DNA from: a virus | Taxonomy: Duplodnaviria > Caudoviricetes | Virus record (IMG/VR): IMGVR_UViG_3300020045_008916 | Span: 1-64,000 of that record | Direction: 5' to 3' (one strand) | Length of the DNA: 64,000 bases | In this document: positions 1 to 9,948 of the stretch, in pieces | Numbering within the stretch: the first letter of the stretch is position 1 | Layout: the number at the start of each line of letters is the position of its first letter | Made by a program: the position numbers and the translations under genes | Notes under the pieces: model-generated | What the model saw: only the letters and a program-made list of their open reading frames with translations | Database searches by the model: none | What the model was told of the DNA's origin: nothing

Positions 1-50
1 AACCCGAACTTCAGAATATGGAAGAACGTATGTGACAGATACTTGTAGAG

Positions 51-3000
51 ATGCAAGATGTTGCCAGAAAAGTTGCTGATGAGTCTGTAACAAAACCTGA
101 GATGGACAAGCTTATAAAATATGCCCGTACGATGTATGATAGTGGCCATATCAAGACAGCACAAGAATTTCAGGATTACTTGCAGGTTGAAAATTCAACA
201 GTAAGAGAAGCATTTGAAAGGGTGCAGCAAGAGCAGACAGACGCTTACGTTGAAAAACAGAAAAAAGGTACTCAGGCACCAATCAAACAAACAATTAAGG
301 TAACTACTGAGGGAGGTACAGACGGAACGATTACACAGACTACCCGACAGGCTTTAAAGAAACAATTTGCTGATTTTAACAGAGGGATAAAAGAAGGTTT
401 AAAACAAGCTAGAGAGCAGACAAAAGAAAAAGCCCAGCTTGTAAAAGATACCAGAACAAACCTTAAAAAAGTCATCAGAGAATTTCCAAAAAGCTTAGAT
501 GGAAAAACAGTTCCTAAGGGAGTTACCTCAAGATTGCTTGTAGAATTGAACAGGGCAGCCGACAATATTGATAAGCTTGAAGATTTTGCCGATACGTTGG
601 AAAGGACAGCAGACGATTTAAACTATCTAACAAAAGTTGATAATGCAAAGACTCTTGTTGATAAAGTTAAGAAATTGGCCAAATCGAAAGAGATGCCATT
701 TGATTTAAGAAACCTTTTGAAACGTGTAGGGAATATCAACACCAAATTTGTACAGGATATCGAAGCGTTTAGTATTGCCCTAGATGAAATTTTAAAATTC
801 AGGATTTCTCCTACAATGGCAATTAGTGCGAAAGATGGTACTCCTCTGGCAAAGAACCTACAACAAAGCGAACAGGCCAAAGAATTGAACCGTCTATTAA
901 ATGAGCTTAGAAAACAGGAAACAGCATACTTACAGGCCAGAGCTGATAAGTTGAGTGAAAAGCTTAAAGCCAAAGGCATTGACCCGACAACTATTCAAAC
1001 ACTTCACGGTACAAACTATGAGGCTATGGTAGCAGCTTTAGAAGAGGTACTTGCAGGTACTAAGGTTTCCCGAGTTCAGCAAATGAGAGACGCTGGTATC
1101 ACATACCAAGCTATGGTGTACTTGAACGTAGACACTTCGGGAATGACCGAACAAGCTAAAAGTGATATTGCAACTCTTTCAAAGTTAGATTTTGAACTGC
1201 TGCCAGAAGCTAAGTTACCACTTGTGGTTGCTGGTTTTGCAAATTTAGTAAACAATAATAGTTTAGCAGGATTGGGACAGGCCATAACACAAAGTAAGAT
1301 ACAAACTAATTTGGCCAATACAACTTTAATGTCTAACATTAGAGCTAACATCAGACAAGCTGGGGCAAGAATGGCCAAAATACAAAAAGCCTTTGGCTCT
1401 GGTTCTGTTCGCATAGCGGCCTTAACAAAAGATATGATGAATGTTGGTTATTTAAATTCTGTGATGGGTTTGACAGATTTGAAAATAGCAACACAAAAAG
1501 TTGTAGTATACAGAGAAAATCTTGTAAAGGAAGAGAATGAACTTATTAAAAAATTCAAAAAAGATTTAGCTAATCCAGTAAATAATATGCTTTTAGGAAT
1601 TTACAGGGATATTGTGAATACGGAAGAGGGCTGGACTCAGGAACAGATTGATGCAGAACCTGCTTTAAGATTAACAGCTTTTGTAAAATCTTTAGAACTA
1701 TTAAAAGAAAAAGCAAAACTAGATGTAGGCTTTGCTAAGGACTACAAAGAATACATAGCCAACTATGAAACAGCCATAAACAAAATTGCTGTAGTAAAAA
1801 GAACAAGTACTGGTGAATTGGAGGCTGTAACTTTAAAAATGACTCCTCAACAACTATATAATTCACTTCCAGCAGGTCAGAGAGCTTACTCTACAATGGC
1901 CACGAGACGTTATGCGGAAAATGAGGCAGGTTTGATTTATAATTCTGAAGTCATGAACAATATTGATTTAGGAAATAAAATAGTAAACTATTCTCCAAGA
2001 ATGTACACGAAACTTGTCACAGGCAAAGATGTAGATTTTGGAGTTTTAGCTAAATCTATAACAGAGGGAGGACAAACCAGTACTAAGGGGCAAGTGTCAG
2101 GTTCTGGTAAGAGTAGGTTATTATCGGGCTCAGAGCTACCATCAAACTTAGCTTTAGACCCTAGCTTTGTAGAAAGATTTAAAGGGGAAATTACTAAAGC
2201 TGTTTATGACGTAGAAACCCAAAGGCATAGAATGTATGCTTACGAGGCAACTAACGAAACCTCATCCCCCTTTATTAAGGAATTGGAAAATGCTATTCCT
2301 GTTCAAACTTATAAAGAGATAATGTTAAACAAGATTAACAATGACCTACTAACATTAGGTGGTAGTCAAATAAAGTTAGAGGCTTGGAAAAGACTGGCAG
2401 GATACTTATCAAAGACAGGAACAGCTATTGGACTGGGAGCTTTAGGTCAATATTTAAAACAAATACCCCCAGTTGTTGATGTTGCTTTAAGAACACAATC
2501 ACAACCCAAAGCAATGTTGTTAGCTATTAAGTACTTAAACAGTGGGGGTACAGATATCGAGGAGTTGTTAAAAATTGCAAATGTTAAAGGAAGAGATGCT
2601 ATAAAACTTTTAAAAATTCCAAGTACAACAAGGGATAGAAAAATAGACACTAAAGAACTAGCAGGACTTTTAAAACAAATTGGTCTGACAGCTGAAGAAG
2701 TATCTAGTGTTTTAGCAGATTTTTCTTTAAAACCACTACAAATGTCAGACAAGTACGTGGCAGATTTAGGCTGGTTAACTTTTTACATGCACCACCAACT
2801 TGAGCATGGAAATTCTATTAATTTAGACCCTAAAAACCTAGATAGGTTGGCGTATGACTATGCAGATACACAAACTTCCGCAGTAATGAATGAGTCAGAC
2901 AATGCAATGCAAGCACAAGGTAAGCTTATTAATAGTAATTATGTTAAATATACAATGCCATTTATTCGTTTTGCTATTAACTCAAAATTAAATCTAATTA

Positions 3001-4097
3001 CAGATATATCTAAGTTAGGAGACAAAGGAAATACCAAAAGAGCTCAAAGTATCAAAGCCCTATCTGGTAATTTAATAGCTACAGCTACATTTATGGGACT
3101 CTCTGCGGGTATAAGATATTTAGCAGGAGGTGCAGCAATTGGTTTTATGTCTGCGGTAATTTTTGGTACTGCGGATGTAGATGATGAGGAAAAAGAAGAG
3201 CTCTTACAAATGATTAGTAAAAGCCAAAAAAATGAAGCTAGAAAGAAGCAAATAAGAGAAATAGGATATCTATCTACAGAGTTTTTAACAGGAGGTATAG
3301 CGGGTAATTTAACAGAGCCTCTCATTCGTCCTCTTAACAATCAATTTGCAAGGTGGGGAGGATATACAGAAGCTGAAATAAAAGAAGCCAATCAAAAACC
3401 AAATTCAGAAAGAGTTTTTGAAATGATAGGTACAGCGGGTATTACAATAAAGACAGCTGTAGACGCTTATCATAGTTTTGAAAATGTGTTCCAAAGCAAT
3501 GAAGATTTTATTGAGCAACATTATGGAGAGTTTGACCCTATAACTGGAAAACTAGTAGTAAACCCTTATCGTTTAGACCCTCAAAATATAGAGAGTTTTG
3601 CCAGACCACACTTCTCGAAAAAAATACAGATTGCATCTGCTTTGATAGAGGCAACTAGCTTGACAGGCCTTTCTCTTCAAGAAGTAAATACCTTCAAAAG
3701 AAATCTACAGAAGTATGACAGGATGGCTGTTGAAAAGTTAAGGGGAAAAGCTACCACCCAAAATCTAAAGGGTATGGTTGAAACCTATAATGACGTAAAA
3801 GAGATAGAAGTAGCCGATGAGAAGATAGCTCTGACACCAGAACAGGTGTTGAAAACCTTGGAGTACAGAGATGAGTTTATTTCTATCCTCACCAAAAAAT
3901 ATCCGTTCATTGAACAGAAGCTTTCACGAGAAGAGTATGCTAAGTTCTTGAGAACAGAAGCTACCAAAGTGGCAAAGGATAGGATAGGTTATGACATATT
4001 TATAGGAGGAGGAACAAGAACACCTACAGAGGCTATGAAAAAAGCAAGAGCCAAAGATGTTAAAAAACAAGTACAAATTGAATATGAAAATAAATAG
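51..4097 (+). CDS. Large helical virion-associated (ejected/inner-core-like) protein; may be the C-terminal part of a longer gene
   Basis: 1348-aa helical, Lys/Glu/Ala-rich ORF at the end of a structural operon; no catalytic motif recognised; the frame looks coding upstream of a TGA at 33-35. Confidence 0.5.
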   Translation: MQDVARKVADESVTKPEMDKLIKYARTMYDSGHIKTAQEFQDYLQVENSTVREAFERVQQEQTDAYVEKQKKGTQAPIKQTIKVTTEGGTDGTITQTTRQALKKQFADFNRGIKEGLKQAREQTKEKAQLVKDTRTNLKKVIREFPKSLDGKTVPKGVTSRLLVELNRAADNIDKLEDFADTLERTADDLNYLTKVDNAKTLVDKVKKLAKSKEMPFDLRNLLKRVGNINTKFVQDIEAFSIALDEILKFRISPTMAISAKDGTPLAKNLQQSEQAKELNRLLNELRKQETAYLQARADKLSEKLKAKGIDPTTIQTLHGTNYEAMVAALEEVLAGTKVSRVQQMRDAGITYQAMVYLNVDTSGMTEQAKSDIATLSKLDFELLPEAKLPLVVAGFANLVNNNSLAGLGQAITQSKIQTNLANTTLMSNIRANIRQAGARMAKIQKAFGSGSVRIAALTKDMMNVGYLNSVMGLTDLKIATQKVVVYRENLVKEENELIKKFKKDLANPVNNMLLGIYRDIVNTEEGWTQEQIDAEPALRLTAFVKSLELLKEKAKLDVGFAKDYKEYIANYETAINKIAVVKRTSTGELEAVTLKMTPQQLYNSLPAGQRAYSTMATRRYAENEAGLIYNSEVMNNIDLGNKIVNYSPRMYTKLVTGKDVDFGVLAKSITEGGQTSTKGQVSGSGKSRLLSGSELPSNLALDPSFVERFKGEITKAVYDVETQRHRMYAYEATNETSSPFIKELENAIPVQTYKEIMLNKINNDLLTLGGSQIKLEAWKRLAGYLSKTGTAIGLGALGQYLKQIPPVVDVALRTQSQPKAMLLAIKYLNSGGTDIEELLKIANVKGRDAIKLLKIPSTTRDRKIDTKELAGLLKQIGLTAEEVSSVLADFSLKPLQMSDKYVADLGWLTFYMHHQLEHGNSINLDPKNLDRLAYDYADTQTSAVMNESDNAMQAQGKLINSNYVKYTMPFIRFAINSKLNLITDISKLGDKGNTKRAQSIKALSGNLIATATFMGLSAGIRYLAGGAAIGFMSAVIFGTADVDDEEKEELLQMISKSQKNEARKKQIREIGYLSTEFLTGGIAGNLTEPLIRPLNNQFARWGGYTEAEIKEANQKPNSERVFEMIGTAGITIKTAVDAYHSFENVFQSNEDFIEQHYGEFDPITGKLVVNPYRLDPQNIESFARPHFSKKIQIASALIEATSLTGLSLQEVNTFKRNLQKYDRMAVEKLRGKATTQNLKGMVETYNDVKEIEVADEKIALTPEQVLKTLEYRDEFISILTKKYPFIEQKLSREEYAKFLRTEATKVAKDRIGYDIFIGGGTRTPTEAMKKARAKDVKKQVQIEYENK

Positions 4098-4099
4098 TT

Positions 4100-4315
4100 A
4101 TGGCTAAAGCGACCAAAAAGATATACAAGGTTCGTGATAAAACAACAGGCGAGTTTGTTTCTTTAGGCTATAGTAGGAAGTCACATTGGGCAACATTTCC
4201 CCATGTGGCTCTCCACTATTATGGAGGAGATAAAGACAATCTAATCATAGAACAATATGAAACAGTATACAAACAAAGTTTTAATGCGAAAGGAGAAGAA
4301 ATAAGTGGCAATTGA
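4100..4315 (+). CDS. Hypothetical protein
   Basis: ORF coupled to the upstream gene, AT-rich start context. Confidence 0.55.
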   Translation: MAKATKKIYKVRDKTTGEFVSLGYSRKSHWATFPHVALHYYGGDKDNLIIEQYETVYKQSFNAKGEEISGN

Positions 4316-4610
4316 CAAAAGCAAGAGAAACCGCAATGCGGGAACAGGAAAGAATAATTCCTATAAGGATATGACACCAGCACAGATTGCAGCCAAACGA
4401 AAGTACGACAGTGCCTATCAGAAATCTGCGTCTCGGGTAGCTTATAGAGTAGAGTTGAATGCAGCCAATAGAAAGAGTCAAAAAGCTGGGACTACTTCTG
4501 TCAATGATTTTAAAGACAAAAGTCATACCAAAAGCGGGAAACTAGTTGACGAGAAGCAGTCGGCAAACAGAGCAAGAAATCGGGCTAACGGGAAATCATC
4601 TAAGAAATAG
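4305..4610 (+). CDS. Small basic protein resembling degenerate podovirus HNH-like proteins
   Basis: KRKYDSAYQK...RVELNAANRK...DKSH...QSANRARN pattern. Confidence 0.4.
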   Translation: MAIDKSKRNRNAGTGKNNSYKDMTPAQIAAKRKYDSAYQKSASRVAYRVELNAANRKSQKAGTTSVNDFKDKSHTKSGKLVDEKQSANRARNRANGKSSKK

Positions 4611-4616
4611 GCAGTT

Positions 4617-4632
4617 AGGGGAGCAATCCCCT
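4617..4632 (+). terminator. GC-rich GNRA hairpin AGGGGA-GCAA-TCCCCT
   Basis: Perfect 6-bp stem just after the stop of 4305..4610; identical copy at 52880..52895. Confidence 0.55.
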
Positions 4633-4647
4633 CACCTATACCCCCAT

Positions 4648-4678
4648 TAAAATGTTTGAAAAAAATTACGTACTTTTG
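4648..4678 (+). promoter_or_regulatory. Late-class Bacteroidota promoter (-7 TACTTTTG)
   Basis: TAnnTTTG at 4671-4678 with TAAAATGT starting 23 nt upstream; precedes the lysis genes. Confidence 0.6.
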
Positions 4679-4716
4679 TACTTATTCAAACAACTAACAA
4701 ATAGCTTTTACATGTA

Positions 4717-5031
4717 ATGGGAAACACATCAATAACTGTCAAAGTAGCTTTATGGTTTTTGACAGCACTAACCTCCCTAGCTGGTTATGTTGCATTCCAA
4801 CAAAAGCAGCAGATAAAAACATTGGAAGAGACTATTAGCAGGAACGACAGGAACTATAAGGAAGAGCTTGTATACTACAAAGATGATGCCAAGAACTCAA
4901 GAAGAGAAAAAGATAGCATTCAGGCTTTGATATTATCAAGAACCGATAACGGATACCTAGAACTTAAAAAGCTGTTAAGGGTCAACGACTCCAATAATAG
5001 TACAATTACAATTACACCAAAAAAGAAATGA
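4717..5031 (+). CDS. Membrane-anchored coiled-coil protein (holin/lysis-associated candidate)
   Basis: N-terminal TM helix (VALWFLTALTSLAGYVAF) followed by coiled coil; adjacent to a lipoprotein gene. Confidence 0.45.
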   Translation: MGNTSITVKVALWFLTALTSLAGYVAFQQKQQIKTLEETISRNDRNYKEELVYYKDDAKNSRREKDSIQALILSRTDNGYLELKKLLRVNDSNNSTITITPKKK

Positions 5032-5690
5032 AAAAAATAGTAGCATTAAGCTTATTACTTGCTTTTATGGCAACGAACGGATGCAGCCTGTTTAAAAACC
5101 GAAAGGTTGAAAAAACTTTAGAGGAGGTAACAACACAGTCCAAAACGGATGTCACCAAAATTTCGATAGACACTTCTTTAGAGGAGCAAAAAGGGATTTC
5201 AGTTGGTAAGACAAAAAACTACACAGAGGAGATTACCTACAAAAACAACGTAGATATGTCCGCTATCGCTTTGACTGCCAACTTTAAGTTGGATACTTCG
5301 TCCTCTATGCGGGGAGACACGGTTGTGAAACTTGTTGACATAGATGATAGTAGAGTCAGCGTTGCAATTTTTCAGAATAAAAAGACCAACGAGCTTATGG
5401 CCAAAATTACTTCGGCTAAGAGAACAACTCAGGTACCATTCTCGGAAATTACTATAAAACGCAACTACGCAGAAACAAGCGATAGTACGGATACCTCAAA
5501 AAGAGTGCAGACCAACACTTATCAAAAACTGGACAGTGTGGGAAAATCTTCAAGTTCTTCCGTATCAACCACTAAAAATGTAAGTTCCAAACCATCAGCA
5601 ACAGCTATCGTATTGGTATTACTATTAGTAGGAGCCGTGGGATTTCTTATCTATAGATTTTGGGACAAAATTAAACAATTTAAACTTTAA
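5028..5690 (+). CDS. Unimolecular spanin candidate (lipoprotein with C-terminal TM)
   Basis: Signal peptide with lipobox-like ATNG-C, Ser/Thr-rich middle, C-terminal TM helix AIVLVLLLVGAVGFLIY. Confidence 0.55.
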   Translation: MKKIVALSLLLAFMATNGCSLFKNRKVEKTLEEVTTQSKTDVTKISIDTSLEEQKGISVGKTKNYTEEITYKNNVDMSAIALTANFKLDTSSSMRGDTVVKLVDIDDSRVSVAIFQNKKTNELMAKITSAKRTTQVPFSEITIKRNYAETSDSTDTSKRVQTNTYQKLDSVGKSSSSSVSTTKNVSSKPSATAIVLVLLLVGAVGFLIYRFWDKIKQFKL

Positions 5691-5697
5691 CAAAACA

Positions 5698-6039
5698 ATG
5701 AGTTCATTATCATCAAATTTAAGTAAATCGAAAAAACTGACCGTAATCTATTCAATTAGTCAAACGGAAAATTCAGCCTTATATACATCTGTATTAAACG
5801 GAACAACCATTCTTCCTGCATACTCAATCGTAGAGCTTGTACCAACTTCGGGACAAAAAGAAATTAGAATTGTTACCAGTCAAAAAACTTGGACTCAAGC
5901 TGCTGGCGGTTCAGCTGCAAATGCAAACAAAGCCGCTTATCAAGCACCTACTACAGCAGTAGATATCGCAGCTATGAGAACTGATTTTAACGCTCTTTTG
6001 ACAAAACTACAGAATGCTGGCCTAATGGCAACCAGCTAA
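5698..6039 (+). CDS. Head fibre/decoration-like protein
   Basis: C-terminal DIAAMRTDFNALLTKLQNAGLMA motif typical of head-fibre proteins. Confidence 0.5.
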   Translation: MSSLSSNLSKSKKLTVIYSISQTENSALYTSVLNGTTILPAYSIVELVPTSGQKEIRIVTSQKTWTQAAGGSAANANKAAYQAPTTAVDIAAMRTDFNALLTKLQNAGLMATS

Positions 6040-6050
6040 TTGTTAATCTG

Positions 6051-6076
6051 AACACAGTTCTTGATTGGGCTGTGTT
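6051..6076 (+). terminator. Stem-loop terminator candidate
   Basis: AACACAGTTC-ttgattg-GGCTGTGTT in the intergenic gap. Confidence 0.45.
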
Positions 6077-6090
6077 CTTAACTACAGAGA

Positions 6091-6489
6091 ATGATAAAAG
6101 ACAGAAAAATCAAAAAGGCGGTTCATAGAAGTTTATATGAAGACGAGACAGCTGCACTATTAACAAAATGTAAGGTTGACTTTGAATACGAAACTCTTCA
6201 ACTGACCTACAGAATACCAGAGTCTGTCCACAAATACACACCCGATTTTATATTACGCAATGGCATAATACTAGAGTGCAAGGGAGTTCTTGACTTAGAA
6301 ACCAGAAAAAAAATGAAACTTGTAATAGAGCAGAACCCTGCACTGGATATCCGAATGGTTTTCCAGAGACCGCAGAACAAGCTCACAAAGGCAAGCAAGA
6401 CTACTTATGCAAAGTGGTGTGAAAAAAACAGTATCAAATGGGGCACGGTAAAGGACATCTTTGAATGGGCGCAAGAGACACCATGTTAA
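6091..6489 (+). CDS. T7 endonuclease I-like Holliday junction resolvase
   Basis: RSLYE, YTPDF, ECKG and IRMVFQ motifs of the phage endonuclease I family. Confidence 0.85.
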   Translation: MIKDRKIKKAVHRSLYEDETAALLTKCKVDFEYETLQLTYRIPESVHKYTPDFILRNGIILECKGVLDLETRKKMKLVIEQNPALDIRMVFQRPQNKLTKASKTTYAKWCEKNSIKWGTVKDIFEWAQETPC

Positions 6490-6501
6490 AATAACAAACA
6501 G

Positions 6502-6738
6502 ATGATTAAAATAATTTTCAATGATAACACCGATTACATCGTAGCAGAAGAGCAGGTAAAAATTATGTTTTCCGAAGTGATGGCATCAAAATGCAAATGC
6601 GAGTGCAAAGATGCTACAGAACTAAGAGCGGGAGCTTTGATTACGGCCATAGATATCGATAGGGCGTACAATTCAGAAAGATGGAAAGCAGATATCAGGG
6701 CTCTCTATAAAATGTTAAAAGCCAGTTGTGATTGCTAA
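6502..6738 (+). CDS. Hypothetical protein
   Basis: ORF in operon context. Confidence 0.5.
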   Translation: MIKIIFNDNTDYIVAEEQVKIMFSEVMASKCKCECKDATELRAGALITAIDIDRAYNSERWKADIRALYKMLKASCDC

Positions 6739-7040
6739 TGGTAACAGAACAGGATATTATAGATGATTTGGCTCAGAGTCGGATTGTCTACTCTGATAAG
6801 ATGCAGGTATGGATAGAAGGCCTTAATAGAGGAACTTACGAAAGAACCGAAGAGCTTTTTACCTTAAAAGATACAATGTCGGCACTACAGATGGCATATA
6901 CGCTGTTAGGTGCTGCAAATGCAACAACGATTACGCTTTCGCTGTGCTTGTCTAGGCTCCTGCCATTTAGCTCTTCAGCCCTAGACCCTAAGAGTTTATA
7001 TGTAGTAAAAGGGTATGTAGTAGATGGTTATGTATATTAA
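6732..7040 (+). CDS. Hypothetical structural protein (ATG start probably at 6738)
   Basis: ORF immediately upstream of the tail fibre gene. Confidence 0.5.
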   Translation: MLMVTEQDIIDDLAQSRIVYSDKMQVWIEGLNRGTYERTEELFTLKDTMSALQMAYTLLGAANATTITLSLCLSRLLPFSSSALDPKSLYVVKGYVVDGYVY

Positions 7041-7052
7041 AAACAAAAGAAC

Positions 7053-9491
7053 ATGGCTTTAGAATATCCAGACATATTAAAAAGGGCAAACAGTACCAAG
7101 CCAATCGTAGACGGGGATGACGTGAGGGGGGTGAACAGAGAGGTAGAAAATCTTACAGAAATGTATGGCCTTGCTATTGTTGCTGACAAATTACGAGAGA
7201 ACGTAACTCGGGTTTACGTAAAACAGCTGGATGTCAGCTATATATTAAAAGACATCGAACAAGTAGATAATATTACAGGCTGGGAGCTAGTTGCAGATGT
7301 AGACCTCTCAGGTATTGAAGTAGATATCGAAACACTACAGAATACTGTACAGTACAAGGCAGAAAAAGGACAGGCCAACGGATATGCAGGATTAGATAGC
7401 GGAGCTAAGCTGCCAACATCTGTATTTCCTGATGAGCTGCTAGGAAATGTAAGGTTTAGAGGACTTTACGATGGAACTGTGGTAACTTCACAATATCCAT
7501 CTTATAATGGAAATCCACTGCCAGCACCGACCACAGTTAATGCTGGGATATATTTTATAGTAACAGCCCCCTTCACTCGTGAGGGCATAGATTACAAAGC
7601 TAAAGATTGGATTGTATCTTTAGGTACCACTGGCTATGACATTATCGACAACTCGGATAGTGTCTCTACGGTCTTCGGCAGGATGGGCAACGTAATTGCT
7701 AACACAGGCGATTACTCCGTCGGACAGATTACAGGTGCAGCACCTTTGGCTAGTCCGACGTTTACTGGTGTAGTTACTTCGCCTATATTTGTCGGGGCTT
7801 TAACTGGTAACGCTACAACAGCTACCACATTAGCCACTTCAAGAACGATATTTGGTCAAAACTTTAACGGTTCGGCAAACGTTACTGGGGCATTATCTGG
7901 TGCAACTACGATAGATGCAACAGGTAGAATAACAGCTACGCTAACAACCGAACAGTTACGCCTAGCCTATGATGCAACGAACAACGCCAAGTTTACAACC
8001 AGTAATGATGGTAATCTAACAATAGCCCCAACGGGAGGATTAACAACTTTTACGGGGAATGGATTTTTTACAGGGAGTATTTCAGCAGGCAGCAACATAA
8101 CTGCCCTCAATGGAAGAATTGAAGCTAGAAGTACATCAGTATCTCAATTAAGGGCATCGAATACGGCAAGTATTTACACTGATTTTACTACTAACAGTTC
8201 AGGTAACCTTACCATTGCGCCTACGGGGGGTCAGACTAGCGTAACAGGCAACGCCCTATTCAGTGGAAGGGTTGGGATAGGGAGTGTAGTTGCCTCAGAT
8301 GCTAACCTTTTTAATAATGCTCAGCTTAATGCGACTATAACTAGGTCGAGCACCATAAACCCGACAATATCAACTTCCGCAAGTTTAATAGAATTAAATT
8401 ATACAGCACCAACGGTTCCAACAGGTGTAACGATTGCTGGAATAACCTATTATCAAGCAAGCCAACCCGCTTATGTGGGTACAGTAGGAACAAATACAGC
8501 TTTTAATGTAAACAGTAATTTTATTGGGGGAGGAAATAATTACGGTTTCCGTGGCGCGATACCTTCTGGTACTGGAAGGTACAACCTCTACATGGATGGT
8601 ACGGCTCAGAATTATATGGCAGGGGCTTTGAGCATAGGTACAACCGCAACTGGAATACCTCTGTACATGAAATCATTTTCAGCAAACAGTTCATCGATAA
8701 GACTCACAAATTTTGGTTCAACGGCATCTATATTTGAAGTTTATGAATTAGCCTCTACTGCGGGAAGAGTGAATATTAGACAGTCTAATAATGTTGACTA
8801 CTTTGTTATAAATGGAGATGGCACTACCTATCAGACCACAGGGGTTTTTGGATTATTAACTAATACCCCAACCCACACATTAACTTTAGGCTCGGCATCT
8901 ACGGGATTAGCTTCTTACAACACTTCCGACCAAACGACAAACTACGAGAGGGTTAGGCAATATTGGAATGCAAACGAATATCAGATTGCAAGTGAGAAAG
9001 GGGGAGCTGGAACTCAAAGGCCAATTAGGATTACAGGACAATTAGTAGTTGACGGTAATGTGTTTTTGAATAGTAACCAAATTTCTGCGGCTATTATTAA
9101 TGCAGGTATTTTAACACACGCGACTAACGGTTTGGCAAGTTTTAGAGGCGATGATACTAGAAGCGCAGGAACTATAAACAAATTTGATTTCGTGCCAACA
9201 TTCAACCAAACTGGTACAGCGGGCTACACAGCACTTAGAATTTCTCCTTACGAACAATCGGTAGGAAGTGGTGCTAAAAACCTATTGGATGTAGGAACAA
9301 ATAGTGCATCAAATGGCAGTGGTACTCACACAAGTAAATTCAGTGTGTCAAATACTGGATTAGTAAGAGCAATTACCATGAACATTTCATTATTGCCAAC
9401 CTACGCAACAGAGATAGACGCTACAACTGGGGGATTGGTTACGGGTGATTTGTACAAAACAACTACGGGAGAATTGAGGATTAAACTTTAA
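7053..9491 (+). CDS. Tail fibre protein
   Basis: Gly/Thr/Asn-rich fibre repeats (ALTGNATTATTLATSRTIFGQNFNGSAN); N-terminus paralogous to 10787..14317. Confidence 0.8.
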   Translation: MALEYPDILKRANSTKPIVDGDDVRGVNREVENLTEMYGLAIVADKLRENVTRVYVKQLDVSYILKDIEQVDNITGWELVADVDLSGIEVDIETLQNTVQYKAEKGQANGYAGLDSGAKLPTSVFPDELLGNVRFRGLYDGTVVTSQYPSYNGNPLPAPTTVNAGIYFIVTAPFTREGIDYKAKDWIVSLGTTGYDIIDNSDSVSTVFGRMGNVIANTGDYSVGQITGAAPLASPTFTGVVTSPIFVGALTGNATTATTLATSRTIFGQNFNGSANVTGALSGATTIDATGRITATLTTEQLRLAYDATNNAKFTTSNDGNLTIAPTGGLTTFTGNGFFTGSISAGSNITALNGRIEARSTSVSQLRASNTASIYTDFTTNSSGNLTIAPTGGQTSVTGNALFSGRVGIGSVVASDANLFNNAQLNATITRSSTINPTISTSASLIELNYTAPTVPTGVTIAGITYYQASQPAYVGTVGTNTAFNVNSNFIGGGNNYGFRGAIPSGTGRYNLYMDGTAQNYMAGALSIGTTATGIPLYMKSFSANSSSIRLTNFGSTASIFEVYELASTAGRVNIRQSNNVDYFVINGDGTTYQTTGVFGLLTNTPTHTLTLGSASTGLASYNTSDQTTNYERVRQYWNANEYQIASEKGGAGTQRPIRITGQLVVDGNVFLNSNQISAAIINAGILTHATNGLASFRGDDTRSAGTINKFDFVPTFNQTGTAGYTALRISPYEQSVGSGAKNLLDVGTNSASNGSGTHTSKFSVSNTGLVRAITMNISLLPTYATEIDATTGGLVTGDLYKTTTGELRIKL

Positions 9492-9501
9492 AAACACAAG
9501 A

Positions 9502-9924
9502 ATGAAAAAAACAGAGATTACAATCGGGGAAAATTTAACATTGGCGGTAGAACTTGAAGGTCTGATAGAGAACAACGAACTTCTATTTGGGGGGCTTCTT
9601 AGAGAAATTCTCCCAATCAAAACCAAGTATTGGCTTTCACGATTAAATGATAAGGTTCAAAGCTATAAGAGTACTTTCAACAGTCAACGGGAAGAGCTTA
9701 TCAAAGCTTTAGGAGAAGAAAAGGATGGAGCTTTTAATATAGCTCCCCTATCAGACGGTGAAAAGCCAAACCCTAAATATCAAGAGTTTATAACAGAACT
9801 CAACTCGTTGGTTGATGAAAAGATAGAATTGGAACATTCAGAGTTTACAATTGAAATGTTTAGCGACCTTAAGACTGGCTCTAACTACCCCGTATTCTTC
9901 AAATTTCTATCAGACCTAGATTAG
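9502..9924 (+). CDS. Tail fibre-associated/chaperone-like protein
   Basis: Acidic helical 140-aa ORF directly after the fibre gene. Confidence 0.45.
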   Translation: MKKTEITIGENLTLAVELEGLIENNELLFGGLLREILPIKTKYWLSRLNDKVQSYKSTFNSQREELIKALGEEKDGAFNIAPLSDGEKPNPKYQEFITELNSLVDEKIELEHSEFTIEMFSDLKTGSNYPVFFKFLSDLD

Positions 9925-9948
9925 AAACAACAATTAAATTAAAAAATT

